This document shows, one piece after another, positions 39,807-48,506 of a stretch of 61,695 bases of DNA. Location: the IMG/VR virus record IMGVR_UViG_3300016722_000158, positions 1-61,695 of that record. One strand, 5' to 3'. A program made the translations under genes and the position numbers. Position 1 is the first letter of the stretch, and each line of letters starts with the position of its first letter. The notes under the pieces are model-generated. The model was given only the letters and a program-made list of their open reading frames with translations. It was not told where the DNA came from and made no database searches. Origin of the DNA: a virus. Its lineage: Duplodnaviria; Caudoviricetes.

Positions 39807-40425
39807 TTTGCTGTTGCGTTAACAAACCAAGAGAAATGTCACTCATTTGTTTTGAGGAGTTCTGATTCTCAAAGATTGAATAAACGAGACTTGCACACAT
39901 ATAGCATATCGAAATGGCAACAGGATCATTGCTGTCTAGCCCACTCAATCCGTCTGCTGAATTGTATTTTGCCTCATAAACAAATAGGCTTACATTGTTC
40001 TCTGGCGGAAAACATAAAAGAGAAGGTTTCCCTCCATTAAAATAATCTATCACTACAGGTTTGTTTACCCCTGCTGTTGTACATTGATTTGTTTGTTGTT
40101 TGTATTTCTCACTATCTAAAGGGTAAGTTTTGGAAACCATTCTTTTCCAACCGGAAAGCTGAAGTGCGATAAGCTTTACATAGTCTCCAGGCAGTGTGAT
40201 AATTCCGCTACTAATTGTTATTGTATCGGTATTCTTTCTGTTAACACATCTGTTGGGACAATTTTCAATAATAATATTTACCGCATCAGAAATGACTGAT
40301 TTCATATATTCTTCAATCTTGACGGTATCTTCTGAAAGGAGAGAAAGATTTTCTTCCTCTCCGATTTCATTCATTATTGCTTTGGTTTTAGATATGATTT
40401 CCTGTTCAGTCATTGTTATTGCCAA
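39796..40425 (-). CDS. Putative head-tail adaptor/ring protein
   Basis: ITLPGDYVKL...W; ICYMCASLVY; lies downstream of the capsid gene. Confidence 0.55.
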   Translation of the reverse strand: MAITMTEQEIISKTKAIMNEIGEEENLSLLSEDTVKIEEYMKSVISDAVNIIIENCPNRCVNRKNTDTITISSGIITLPGDYVKLIALQLSGWKRMVSKTYPLDSEKYKQQTNQCTTAGVNKPVVIDYFNGGKPSLLCFPPENNVSLFVYEAKYNSADGLSGLDSNDPVAISICYMCASLVYSIFENQNSSKQMSDISLGLLTQQQNAV

Positions 40426-40898
40426 TTAGGAAATTCTACCCCAAGTTCAGTCGCTTTTGCTATGACAGCATCTTTGTTTTGTAACTCAGCCAAATCTACG
40501 CCATATTTAGCACGAAGGGTTTCCTTGGCAGAAGTAAGATTCGTAACTTCTGCAAAAATGGCAGGATCTGTGTTCCCCTGGGTAGAACCATCGTTATTAG
40601 CAAACGGGTTTTCATTATCCGATTTATCCGTCTTTTCTCCTTGCTCTTCATCTTTTTCGTCAGGGTCTTCAGTTTCGTACGACGCGCCACGTTTAATGGA
40701 TCCCTTTTTGAACAATGGGCATTTTTCTATGGCGTTTTGTATAGCTTCACTTTCGGTAGTATATTTTGCAGGAATGGTACCATTAGAATTGATGCTTCCT
40801 CCTTCAAAATTAATGCGAAGCGTTGCTTTTGAAATATTTATAACAATGCTTCTTTCTACTATACCGGATATTTCGTATGTAATATTTGTCTTCTTCAT
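40416..40898 (-). CDS. Hypothetical capsid-operon protein
   Basis: INFEGG, YTTESEAIQNAIE, acidic linker, GVEFPN C-terminus; start placed at MKKTNI. Confidence 0.6.
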   Translation of the reverse strand: MKKTNITYEISGIVERSIVINISKATLRINFEGGSINSNGTIPAKYTTESEAIQNAIEKCPLFKKGSIKRGASYETEDPDEKDEEQGEKTDKSDNENPFANNDGSTQGNTDPAIFAEVTNLTSAKETLRAKYGVDLAELQNKDAVIAKATELGVEFPNWQ

Positions 40899-40915
40899 AA
40901 CATGATATTTAAACA

Positions 40916-40940
40916 AGAGGACGCCTTAGAGACGTCCTCT
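40916..40940 (-). terminator. Terminator after the major capsid gene
   Basis: AGAGGACG-9 nt-CGTCCTCT followed by TGTTT on the minus strand. Confidence 0.65.
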
Positions 40941-40955
40941 ATATTAATTTATGCT

Positions 40956-42548
40956 TTACGCTTTATTCGCAAGTAATTCACCTGTATAAGCTACCCATGC
41001 ACTACCTGACCACGTAACGATGTCGCCTTTTACGAAATTGCCCGCTGCAGCTGAAAGAATAACGACATCCCCTTCGGTAGGAGATTGAGGAAGAGTAGCT
41101 GATGAAACGACCTTAGCAGCGCCCGGAATATCACTGTGAGTTGCACTACCATCTACCCAAATGTGGCTAAATCCTTTTAAGCAGAGGCAGTCTATTGTCA
41201 TGACTACATCACGTTTTGCTTCTTCACCCTGTACATTTTCAGAGTTGCTCTCTTCGTTTTTCATCCAATAGCGGACAAGGCCTTGTTCGTCCAAAAGTGC
41301 GCCGCACTTTGAATAGCCTAAACGGTTAAGAGCAGGGTCATGAATAAGATCGATATCTCCGAATACTGTCTTGATCTTGGTACACTTGATGCCAAAGACC
41401 TCACTGTCTACCATGGAGATATCCTTGTGCAGGGTTAAATCGATTTTCTGAATATCCGCCATCAATAATTTGCCAAGTAACCAAACAGCTGTTTTAGAGC
41501 AGTTAAGTCCTGTGAATTTGACCATAGACAGATTGATCAAATCATCAAGAGTTATTTTTTCGGATAAATCATATTGACGTTTGATTTGCCAACGAACACC
41601 TTGTGAAAAATAGACATCCTGTTTTCCCAAGGTTTTATCCTGTGATGCTACTTTTATTTTTCCTTTTTGACCTACCCATGCCGTACGGCAGCTTTCCAAA
41701 CGAAATTGACGAAGCATCGCTTCTGCAATGGTCGCTTTTTGGAATGGTATCTTTTTCTTTTGGGCGTCGAAATAATCGGAAACGATATTGTTACAGAGTT
41801 GCTTCTGTAGGTAAACGATTTCCGGAGTTGGCAAGATTGTATTGGGAGCAATGTACTTTTGCGTTTCATATCCGGCAGAACTCAAGAGGATAATTTCCGT
41901 ACCAGAAGGGATATTTGGTACGTAACAAGAGGAGTCTTCTTTATTAACTTTTGGTCCATTGATCGCAATAATAATAGGCATGTTGTTCGTTTCGTTTTGA
42001 GAAACTACATAACACATAAGGTCTGTTTCCAATTTTGTCTGTCCTGTGGAATCGTATCCATTTACACCTTTCAACAGTACAGTATAGTACTCTTGGAACA
42101 GCTTGGCGTCAGCTGCAGATAATTTGAGTTCGGCACGTTCGGCCTTGGCATCATTGGTATAGGCACTAATCGTCATTGCCGAAGAGCGCTTTTCATCAAT
42201 CATGTAGTGTTCAACAACGAATGAACTTACTCTGACCTGCCGTTTGACTCGTCTTTTAATCGTATCAATAACGGACTCGTCAGAAGCAATTTGGGTTATC
42301 TCTTCATCTATCTCAGGCTGAATCAAATCACCGCCAGCTTCCTCAGCATTGGATACCGTTGTTGATTCTCCCGGTACCTGTGTCGACAAGCCCTGCTGCC
42401 CGGTAGTAGCATTAGGTGTACCAGGGGCTACCGTGGTCACTTCGGCCATCATAACGCCCTGCGCACCAAAGAATACACAGAGAATCATCAGAGTGAGAGA
42501 AATAACAATCCCTCTGTTCTCATTTAACTTTTTGAATAGTTTTCTCAT
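40956..42548 (-). CDS. Putative major capsid protein with an N-terminal hydrophobic segment
   Basis: 530 aa; follows the scaffold gene under a late promoter and is followed by a terminator; FGIKCTKIKTVFGDI..HDP C-terminal pattern. Call is mainly positional. Confidence 0.75.
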   Translation of the reverse strand: MRKLFKKLNENRGIVISLTLMILCVFFGAQGVMMAEVTTVAPGTPNATTGQQGLSTQVPGESTTVSNAEEAGGDLIQPEIDEEITQIASDESVIDTIKRRVKRQVRVSSFVVEHYMIDEKRSSAMTISAYTNDAKAERAELKLSAADAKLFQEYYTVLLKGVNGYDSTGQTKLETDLMCYVVSQNETNNMPIIIAINGPKVNKEDSSCYVPNIPSGTEIILLSSAGYETQKYIAPNTILPTPEIVYLQKQLCNNIVSDYFDAQKKKIPFQKATIAEAMLRQFRLESCRTAWVGQKGKIKVASQDKTLGKQDVYFSQGVRWQIKRQYDLSEKITLDDLINLSMVKFTGLNCSKTAVWLLGKLLMADIQKIDLTLHKDISMVDSEVFGIKCTKIKTVFGDIDLIHDPALNRLGYSKCGALLDEQGLVRYWMKNEESNSENVQGEEAKRDVVMTIDCLCLKGFSHIWVDGSATHSDIPGAAKVVSSATLPQSPTEGDVVILSAAAGNFVKGDIVTWSGSAWVAYTGELLANKA

Positions 42549-42580
42549 TTTCTTACTTATGAATTTATTAGTAAATTTAA

Positions 42581-43417
42581 TTATGCCATTTTCGCCAGGC
42601 CAATCATTCCACTTGAATGCTTCTTCTTATTGGCTATTGGAGCATTTTCAGTAACTAATGCTTTGGGCATTCCGTCACCTTCATCTTCCCTCATCTTTTG
42701 AATTTTGAGATTTCGTCCCTTTACTTCTCCAGCTTCAAGTGCATCATTTACGTCTTTATCATAATTGAATGCTTTATCAAGCTTTGCAAGCAGCTCAGGC
42801 GTATAAGTTCCATCGAATATAGGCGAGATTATTTCATCCCAGACTCTACCCAAAAAATCATTGGGCTCATATCCATGTTCCTTGCAAAAATCGATGACAG
42901 AAGGCATTGTCTTATCGATATTTTCATCATAGACCTTTTTCGATGCAGAATAATCGTCCAACTCCTTTTTCCGTTCCTCTTCCGCTTTGGCTATTTCTTC
43001 TGCTTCTGGAGTTCCTTCTTCGGCCGAGAGGAAATCTTTTCCAAAATAACGAGCGAGTGCTCCGGCACTGCCACGCTTTCCAGATGCTATATCTGAGAGC
43101 GCTTGTGCAAGGCGTGGATCTTTTGCGAGTGCTTCGGCTAATTTTGCAGATTGTTCATCGTTATTTTTGATGTAACCGGCAATAATTTCCGCATTGCTTT
43201 CTTCGTCCTCAGGGTTATAACCCTCAAATCGTGCCGAGAGCATTTCTCTCAGTTTATCTCTTTTTGAAGGCTTCTTTTCTTCTGTAGGGGCTTCTATTGC
43301 AGGTGGCGTTTCTTCTGTTGGCGAATTCTCGCTTTCAGTAGAAGGTTTTTCATTTTCTACGGTTTCGGTATTAACCTCTTCCTCTGGCTGTACTTTTTTA
43401 TCTTCTTCTTTTTCCAT
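42581..43417 (-). CDS. Putative scaffolding protein
   Basis: Very acidic, disordered N-terminus, helical; GEVKGRNLKI; directly upstream of the capsid gene. Confidence 0.65.
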   Translation of the reverse strand: MEKEEDKKVQPEEEVNTETVENEKPSTESENSPTEETPPAIEAPTEEKKPSKRDKLREMLSARFEGYNPEDEESNAEIIAGYIKNNDEQSAKLAEALAKDPRLAQALSDIASGKRGSAGALARYFGKDFLSAEEGTPEAEEIAKAEEERKKELDDYSASKKVYDENIDKTMPSVIDFCKEHGYEPNDFLGRVWDEIISPIFDGTYTPELLAKLDKAFNYDKDVNDALEAGEVKGRNLKIQKMREDEGDGMPKALVTENAPIANKKKHSSGMIGLAKMA

Positions 43418-43453
43418 TCTTCGTGACGTTTAAATTCGATTTATAATTCAGTG

Positions 43454-43499
43454 CAAATAAAGGATTAAAAATCATCTCTGCTGTTGCTGTCTTCACTAT
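43454..43499 (-). promoter_or_regulatory. Putative late promoter, copy 3
   Basis: ATAGTGAAGACAGCAACA with TTTATTTG ending 28 nt later. Confidence 0.65.
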
Positions 43500-43522
43500 T
43501 CGGATTCGGGTGTTGATAACTT

Positions 43523-43567
43523 ATTGTGAAATCAGCAACATTAAACAATAGCTTTAATATAACTTTG
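43523..43567 (+). promoter_or_regulatory. Putative late promoter, copy 4 (divergent from copy 3)
   Basis: ATTGTGAAATCAGCAACA with TAACTTTG ending 27 nt later. Confidence 0.7.
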
Positions 43568-43591
43568 TAATAACTTAATATTAAGAAATAT

Positions 43592-43975
43592 ATGTCAGAA
43601 ACAATTATTGCGATAAGAAACAAAGATATTATTAATGCATATTTTGATTCCATTAAGTGTGTACATAACATTAACCCGTTGGCAACTTGGAGAGAGATAA
43701 TAGAACATACCTCAAAAAAATCAGCTCCTAGATTCTATGCAACTTTTGAAAACTCAAGAAGATTTATTTCCTTAATGAATAGAGGGCTTGATATTCCCAT
43801 TAGTAACACAAATAAAATAAGTATGTACAATGAAATATACAAGCGTTTTACGGAGAGAGGAGGAGGGGACCGCTACGTTATTCTTCGAGATATATTAGAG
43901 GAAGAAGCACCTTCTTTTTATCTTAGTTTTTGGGAAATGTATCAGGTAATCTATAAATCACTTAGAAAAAAATGA
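43592..43975 (+). CDS. Hypothetical protein, first gene of the packaging operon
   Basis: 127 aa; duplicated APRFY/APSFY motif. Confidence 0.7.
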   Translation: MSETIIAIRNKDIINAYFDSIKCVHNINPLATWREIIEHTSKKSAPRFYATFENSRRFISLMNRGLDIPISNTNKISMYNEIYKRFTERGGGDRYVILRDILEEEAPSFYLSFWEMYQVIYKSLRKK

Positions 43976-44454
43976 ATTTTATTCTGTTATTAATATTTAT
44001 CTGGTCACTTGGAATGTGTACGGATATTCGCTCGTTTGGCTATTCTTTTGATTCGTCTTGGTATACGTTATTTACCTTTAGTTATGTGCATGTTTCATTC
44101 ATTCATTTATTAATCAACTCTTGCGTCTTTATCTGCTATTGGAGGCCTATGAAAGGGCTTATTAATATGAAGTTACTCATTCCTATGATAATTTTCATAC
44201 CGGCCGTATCTGCATACCTTTCAGCGTCTTCAGTTCCAACGGTGGGAGCCTCCGCCATAATAATGGTCTTAATGGGAGTCTATTTGACAATGCCTATCCC
44301 TAAAAAAGTTGTCCGTGAAATTTGGATATTGACCATTATAAGTTTTGTCGTCACATTTATTTTTGCCCCTCAGATTAATACCCTTATACACATTTACTCT
44401 CTCCTGCTTTCTTATGTAATTAGTCTGTTGGCAGGTAGGAGGATATATGCTTAA
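43972..44454 (+). CDS. Rhomboid-family intramembrane serine protease
   Basis: WYTLFT, HVSFIHLLIN, catalytic VGASA and NTLIH; multiple TM helices. Confidence 0.85.
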   Translation: MNFILLLIFIWSLGMCTDIRSFGYSFDSSWYTLFTFSYVHVSFIHLLINSCVFICYWRPMKGLINMKLLIPMIIFIPAVSAYLSASSVPTVGASAIIMVLMGVYLTMPIPKKVVREIWILTIISFVVTFIFAPQINTLIHIYSLLLSYVISLLAGRRIYA

Positions 44455-46456
44455 TCAAACGGACATATTAAAAGAAAATTATCGAAGGCTTAAAGAAATA
44501 AAATGCCCTTATAACCCTTATACCGGTGAAGGGTCCAATTCGATTGAACGCATTAAAGTTCAAATAGAGGGAGCTCCGTTACCGATAATGTATTTGCCGA
44601 ATGACCTTGTAAAAACGGGATTTTTGCAGAGTTTAAAAGATTTAGGTATTGACGGCTATATTAAGTTCATTCTTGGTGTTGGACCGACTAATGAGTTAAG
44701 AGATGAACTTTGGATAAATTTCTGTAAGGAAAGAATAAAGTATGATTTTGAATATTGGGCGGTTTCTCTTGCAACAATTTCAATAAAAGGAAAAGGTCGC
44801 GATGATAAGTTCACTCTTAATCGCGCTCAAAGGTATTACCTTAAAAAGCTGGAGGAATTAAGACTCGCCGGGGTTCCGATTGATATTATCCTTTTAAAAG
44901 CCAGGCAATGGGGCGGCTCTACGCTTACTCAGCTCTACATGTTATGGATTCAGTTAGTTCATCGAAATAATTGGAATAGCGTAATTTGTGGAGCTGTCGA
45001 AGCACAGGCCAAGACAGTTAGAGGCATGCTTACAAAAGCTTTGGATCATTATGAATTGTGGGCTACCGATGGCTTGGCTTTGACGACTCATCCTTTTGAA
45101 GGTTCTCAAAAAACCAGAATAATAGATTATTCAAGGTCTATTTATTCTGTAGGTTCTGCGGAAAGGCCCGAATCACTTCGAAGCCAAGATATATCAATGG
45201 CCCATCTTACTGAAGTCGGTATTTGGGGAGAAACATCAAAGAAAAAACCGGAAGATCTTGTACAATCAATCTTTGGTTCTATTCTTTCCGGTCCTTATAC
45301 TCTGAAAGTCTTGGAATCAACGGCCAAAGGTGTTGGGAATTATTTTCATCGTACATGGATAGAAGCGGTTGAGGGAAAGAATAACTTCACGCCGGTATTC
45401 ATCCCTTGGTTTATGATTGATATTTATTCAAAGCCTATCAATCAAAAAGATTATCCATCGTTTATTGCCTCACTTACGGAATATGAATATTGGCTATTTG
45501 AACTTGGTGCAACGCTAGAAGCCATTAATTGGTATAGAGATAAGTCAAAGGAGATAACAGATAGATGGAGAATGTGTAGTGAATTTCCATCTACTGCAGA
45601 AGAAGCATTCCAATCGACAGGGCGAAGAGTATTTCCTATCAAATATGTTTCGAATATCAAGTCCACTTGTATTGATCCTATCTGTTATGGGGAATTTGTG
45701 GGAAACTCGGATAAAGGAAAGGAAGCCTTTGAAGGCTTACATTTCGAAAAAATTATTCCTACAAAGAAGAATCCGGAGGATGTCCTTTGGATATGGGGTA
45801 TGCCTGATAAAACCATAGACTGTCGAGATAGATATGTGGTTTCTATAGATGTCGGAGGTGTATCTTCAACCTCAGATCCTTCGGAAATTAAAGTCGCTGA
45901 TAGAATCTCAATGTTAGAAGGGGGAGTACCTGAGATTGTTGCCGAGTGGCATGGCCATATTGATCATGATCTTTTAATTTGGAAAGGTGCTCAAATCGCC
46001 AAGGCTTACAATGATGCTCTTTTGGTAATAGAAAGCAATACTCTTGAAACAGATGGTACGGAAGGAGACAACTTTGAGTATATATTGGATGAAATTAGAA
46101 GCTATTATGATAATCTATATTATCGTACTTCTCCGGAACAGATTAAACAGGGTATGCCTACCAGGTACGGTTTTCATACAAATGTGCACACGAAGCCTAC
46201 GGTTATCAATTTCTTGAAAGCTGCAATGAGAGATAATCTTTATCTTGAAAGGAGCCTTCCGACAATCTTAGAGTACAATTTATTTGAAATAAAATCTAAT
46301 GGAAAAGAGATGGGAGCCGTTGAAGGTAATCATGATGATAGAGTAATGGCAACGGCGATACTCATTTACATTTGTTATAAATGGGCACCGCCGCGAATTA
46401 TAGTTAAGATGAAATTCAAAACTAAAAATAGGAATGTGAGCGAAGCTGTTATTTAA
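44447..46456 (+). CDS. terL: Terminase large subunit
   Basis: LKARQWGGST Walker A, AHLTEV Walker B, LESTAKG, VSIDVGG, VIESN, HDDRVMA. Confidence 0.93.
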   Translation: MLNQTDILKENYRRLKEIKCPYNPYTGEGSNSIERIKVQIEGAPLPIMYLPNDLVKTGFLQSLKDLGIDGYIKFILGVGPTNELRDELWINFCKERIKYDFEYWAVSLATISIKGKGRDDKFTLNRAQRYYLKKLEELRLAGVPIDIILLKARQWGGSTLTQLYMLWIQLVHRNNWNSVICGAVEAQAKTVRGMLTKALDHYELWATDGLALTTHPFEGSQKTRIIDYSRSIYSVGSAERPESLRSQDISMAHLTEVGIWGETSKKKPEDLVQSIFGSILSGPYTLKVLESTAKGVGNYFHRTWIEAVEGKNNFTPVFIPWFMIDIYSKPINQKDYPSFIASLTEYEYWLFELGATLEAINWYRDKSKEITDRWRMCSEFPSTAEEAFQSTGRRVFPIKYVSNIKSTCIDPICYGEFVGNSDKGKEAFEGLHFEKIIPTKKNPEDVLWIWGMPDKTIDCRDRYVVSIDVGGVSSTSDPSEIKVADRISMLEGGVPEIVAEWHGHIDHDLLIWKGAQIAKAYNDALLVIESNTLETDGTEGDNFEYILDEIRSYYDNLYYRTSPEQIKQGMPTRYGFHTNVHTKPTVINFLKAAMRDNLYLERSLPTILEYNLFEIKSNGKEMGAVEGNHDDRVMATAILIYICYKWAPPRIIVKMKFKTKNRNVSEAVI

Positions 46457-46460
46457 TTAT

Positions 46461-48443
46461 TTAAGCCGCTTTTTGTACAATTCCGTCTGTAGGAGAGGCA
46501 TTCCTATCATTTTGAAGTTTCTGCATCATTTGAGGATTGTTACTTGCACCGGTTACTTGTTGCATCATGTTTGGATCCACTCCTTGTATCTGTTGGCTTT
46601 GTTGCATCGCTTGTTCGTTCTGCTTAATCGATTCCAGAATTTTAGAAGCAAACGGATAAGAGCAATTTTCAAGCATGATTTTTATATCGATTGCACCTTG
46701 CTGATATAGTTTCTCCAGAAATTCATTTTCTAAAGCTTGAAATACCGGTGTGTTGGTACCGTCTGTAAGTTGGATATCTATTTCTGCGTTCTGAACTTTC
46801 TCCGGATTATAATATCTGGATTCTTTAGAATAGAACTTTCCAGAAATATCAATATGTCTCGCAGATGTGTAATATTGCTGAATGGTCTGCATTAGCTTAT
46901 AATCTCGTCTTTTTCTGAATGATTTAAATGATTCGAACAATCCTTTTAAATTCAGAGATGATTGTTGTACTTGTTGCGCATACAAAGAAGCTGCGGTACC
47001 GGAAGGCGCCTCTTTTCCTTGCATGGCACTATTTACGCCTGCAATATCATTGATGAGTTTGAGTTGTAAATTCAAAAGTTCAAAATCACCTGCAAGACTA
47101 GCCCCGCCATTATATTGTTTGATGACATTATCGATGTTTTTCCCTTCTCTAAGCTTAACGAATATGACTCCGTTATATCGGACATATTCATCAACGATAT
47201 CTTCTTTTGTCATACTTTCACATACACTCTCATCAACAATAAGGACGCCTTTAGCTGAAGAACTTCTCATGAAATCGATAAGCATCATTGTTCGGTTTAT
47301 CGCTCTTTGCTGATCGATGAAGTCTTCAACAAAATTAAATATATGCCCTTGTATCATAGGGTAAATCATCAAGGCATAATTATGTTGCTCATGCCAATAT
47401 GGACTTCTACCTTCTTGCAATATATCCCCAGCTGGCGTCATATATCTGTAGTACCAATAGAGTTCATTGGCATATTCGTATTCGATAAGGAGCGTGTCTT
47501 CTGGAAGAACTCCGTTTTCTTTTGCTTTTTGAATCCTCCTTTTGTTCTCAGCATCAATAAAAGGTGTTTTGTTTTTATCTGCATAATAAAAAGTTCCTTT
47601 TAAATAATCATGGCAGTAGATTGCAGGTCGTGTTTCAAGTTTCCATGCAAAAATAACCCGGCACATATCACTTCTTGAAGGGACAAAAAAAGTCATATCC
47701 TTGTTCTGATTCCCTTGCATTCCATCTACTTCCGTAAATACGGATGTGCTTTTTCGGCCATATATGCTATGAATCCAATCTTCATCTTCTTTACTGCGTG
47801 CGAATGCTGCTATGATATTTTCAATGCGCATATCATAGATTTCACCTATCAAGTTAAGGTCCCATCCTCTGACATCTTCCATATCAGTATTGAAAAACAT
47901 TCTTGAAGGATTTACTCCGAACACCCAGACATCATTCATTCTCTTATTCGGATTCCAACCGTATTCTATTCGCTGTGCGGAAAAACCTCCAAGCAAAAGC
48001 ATTCTAAGAGTATCAGAGTCAAGTTCTACAGTTTCATTTAGCTCTTGAACATATTCAAGGGCTATGCTCATCATCTCACCGATTTTTGCTTCTTCTTGAT
48101 CTCTTACGGAACAAATGGTTTCGGTTATATTATTTCTGAATTGGCCATCAACGTTTTTTAGAATGGGGCTTATCATGTTATTTTTCAAAGGTTGTTTGCC
48201 TTGTTTTCTGATAAGCTCATTTTCTGTTATCATAAATCCTGTTTCAGGGTCCTTTATCATATCTCCCCATTGATCTTCGTAGGCATACATAACGCTTCGA
48301 CGCATCTTTTTTCTGACTGTTTCCAACGAACTCCAACAAGCTGCGCACTCCTGAATAATGTCATAAGCTTTTCCCTTTTCCCTGGGAATAGCCGTAGATT
48401 TCTTGCTTGGTTTAACGTATTTACTGTTTAAGAATTTATTCAT
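46461..48443 (-). CDS. Portal protein
   Basis: DQW, PLKNNMI, FIDQQRAINR, IAGVNSAMQG; Gln-rich C-terminus; start placed at MNKFLNS, downstream of promoter copy 5. Confidence 0.85.
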   Translation of the reverse strand: MNKFLNSKYVKPSKKSTAIPREKGKAYDIIQECAACWSSLETVRKKMRRSVMYAYEDQWGDMIKDPETGFMITENELIRKQGKQPLKNNMISPILKNVDGQFRNNITETICSVRDQEEAKIGEMMSIALEYVQELNETVELDSDTLRMLLLGGFSAQRIEYGWNPNKRMNDVWVFGVNPSRMFFNTDMEDVRGWDLNLIGEIYDMRIENIIAAFARSKEDEDWIHSIYGRKSTSVFTEVDGMQGNQNKDMTFFVPSRSDMCRVIFAWKLETRPAIYCHDYLKGTFYYADKNKTPFIDAENKRRIQKAKENGVLPEDTLLIEYEYANELYWYYRYMTPAGDILQEGRSPYWHEQHNYALMIYPMIQGHIFNFVEDFIDQQRAINRTMMLIDFMRSSSAKGVLIVDESVCESMTKEDIVDEYVRYNGVIFVKLREGKNIDNVIKQYNGGASLAGDFELLNLQLKLINDIAGVNSAMQGKEAPSGTAASLYAQQVQQSSLNLKGLFESFKSFRKRRDYKLMQTIQQYYTSARHIDISGKFYSKESRYYNPEKVQNAEIDIQLTDGTNTPVFQALENEFLEKLYQQGAIDIKIMLENCSYPFASKILESIKQNEQAMQQSQQIQGVDPNMMQQVTGASNNPQMMQKLQNDRNASPTDGIVQKAA

Positions 48444-48459
48444 AACTGATAATTTTAAG

Positions 48460-48505
48460 CAAATGTAAACTTCATTCTGATTAACCACATTGCTAGTTTG
48501 ACAAT
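48460..48505 (-). promoter_or_regulatory. Putative late promoter, copy 5
   Basis: ATTGTCAAACTAGCAATG with TACATTTG ending 28 nt later. Confidence 0.7.
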
Positions 48506-48506
48506 A

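Noticed and set aside
48444-48488. Longer N-termini in the ORF track for portal (also cI, ORF6N and 24463-25266)
   Set aside because: The extensions run through promoter elements; downstream ATGs with AT-rich leaders are more plausible
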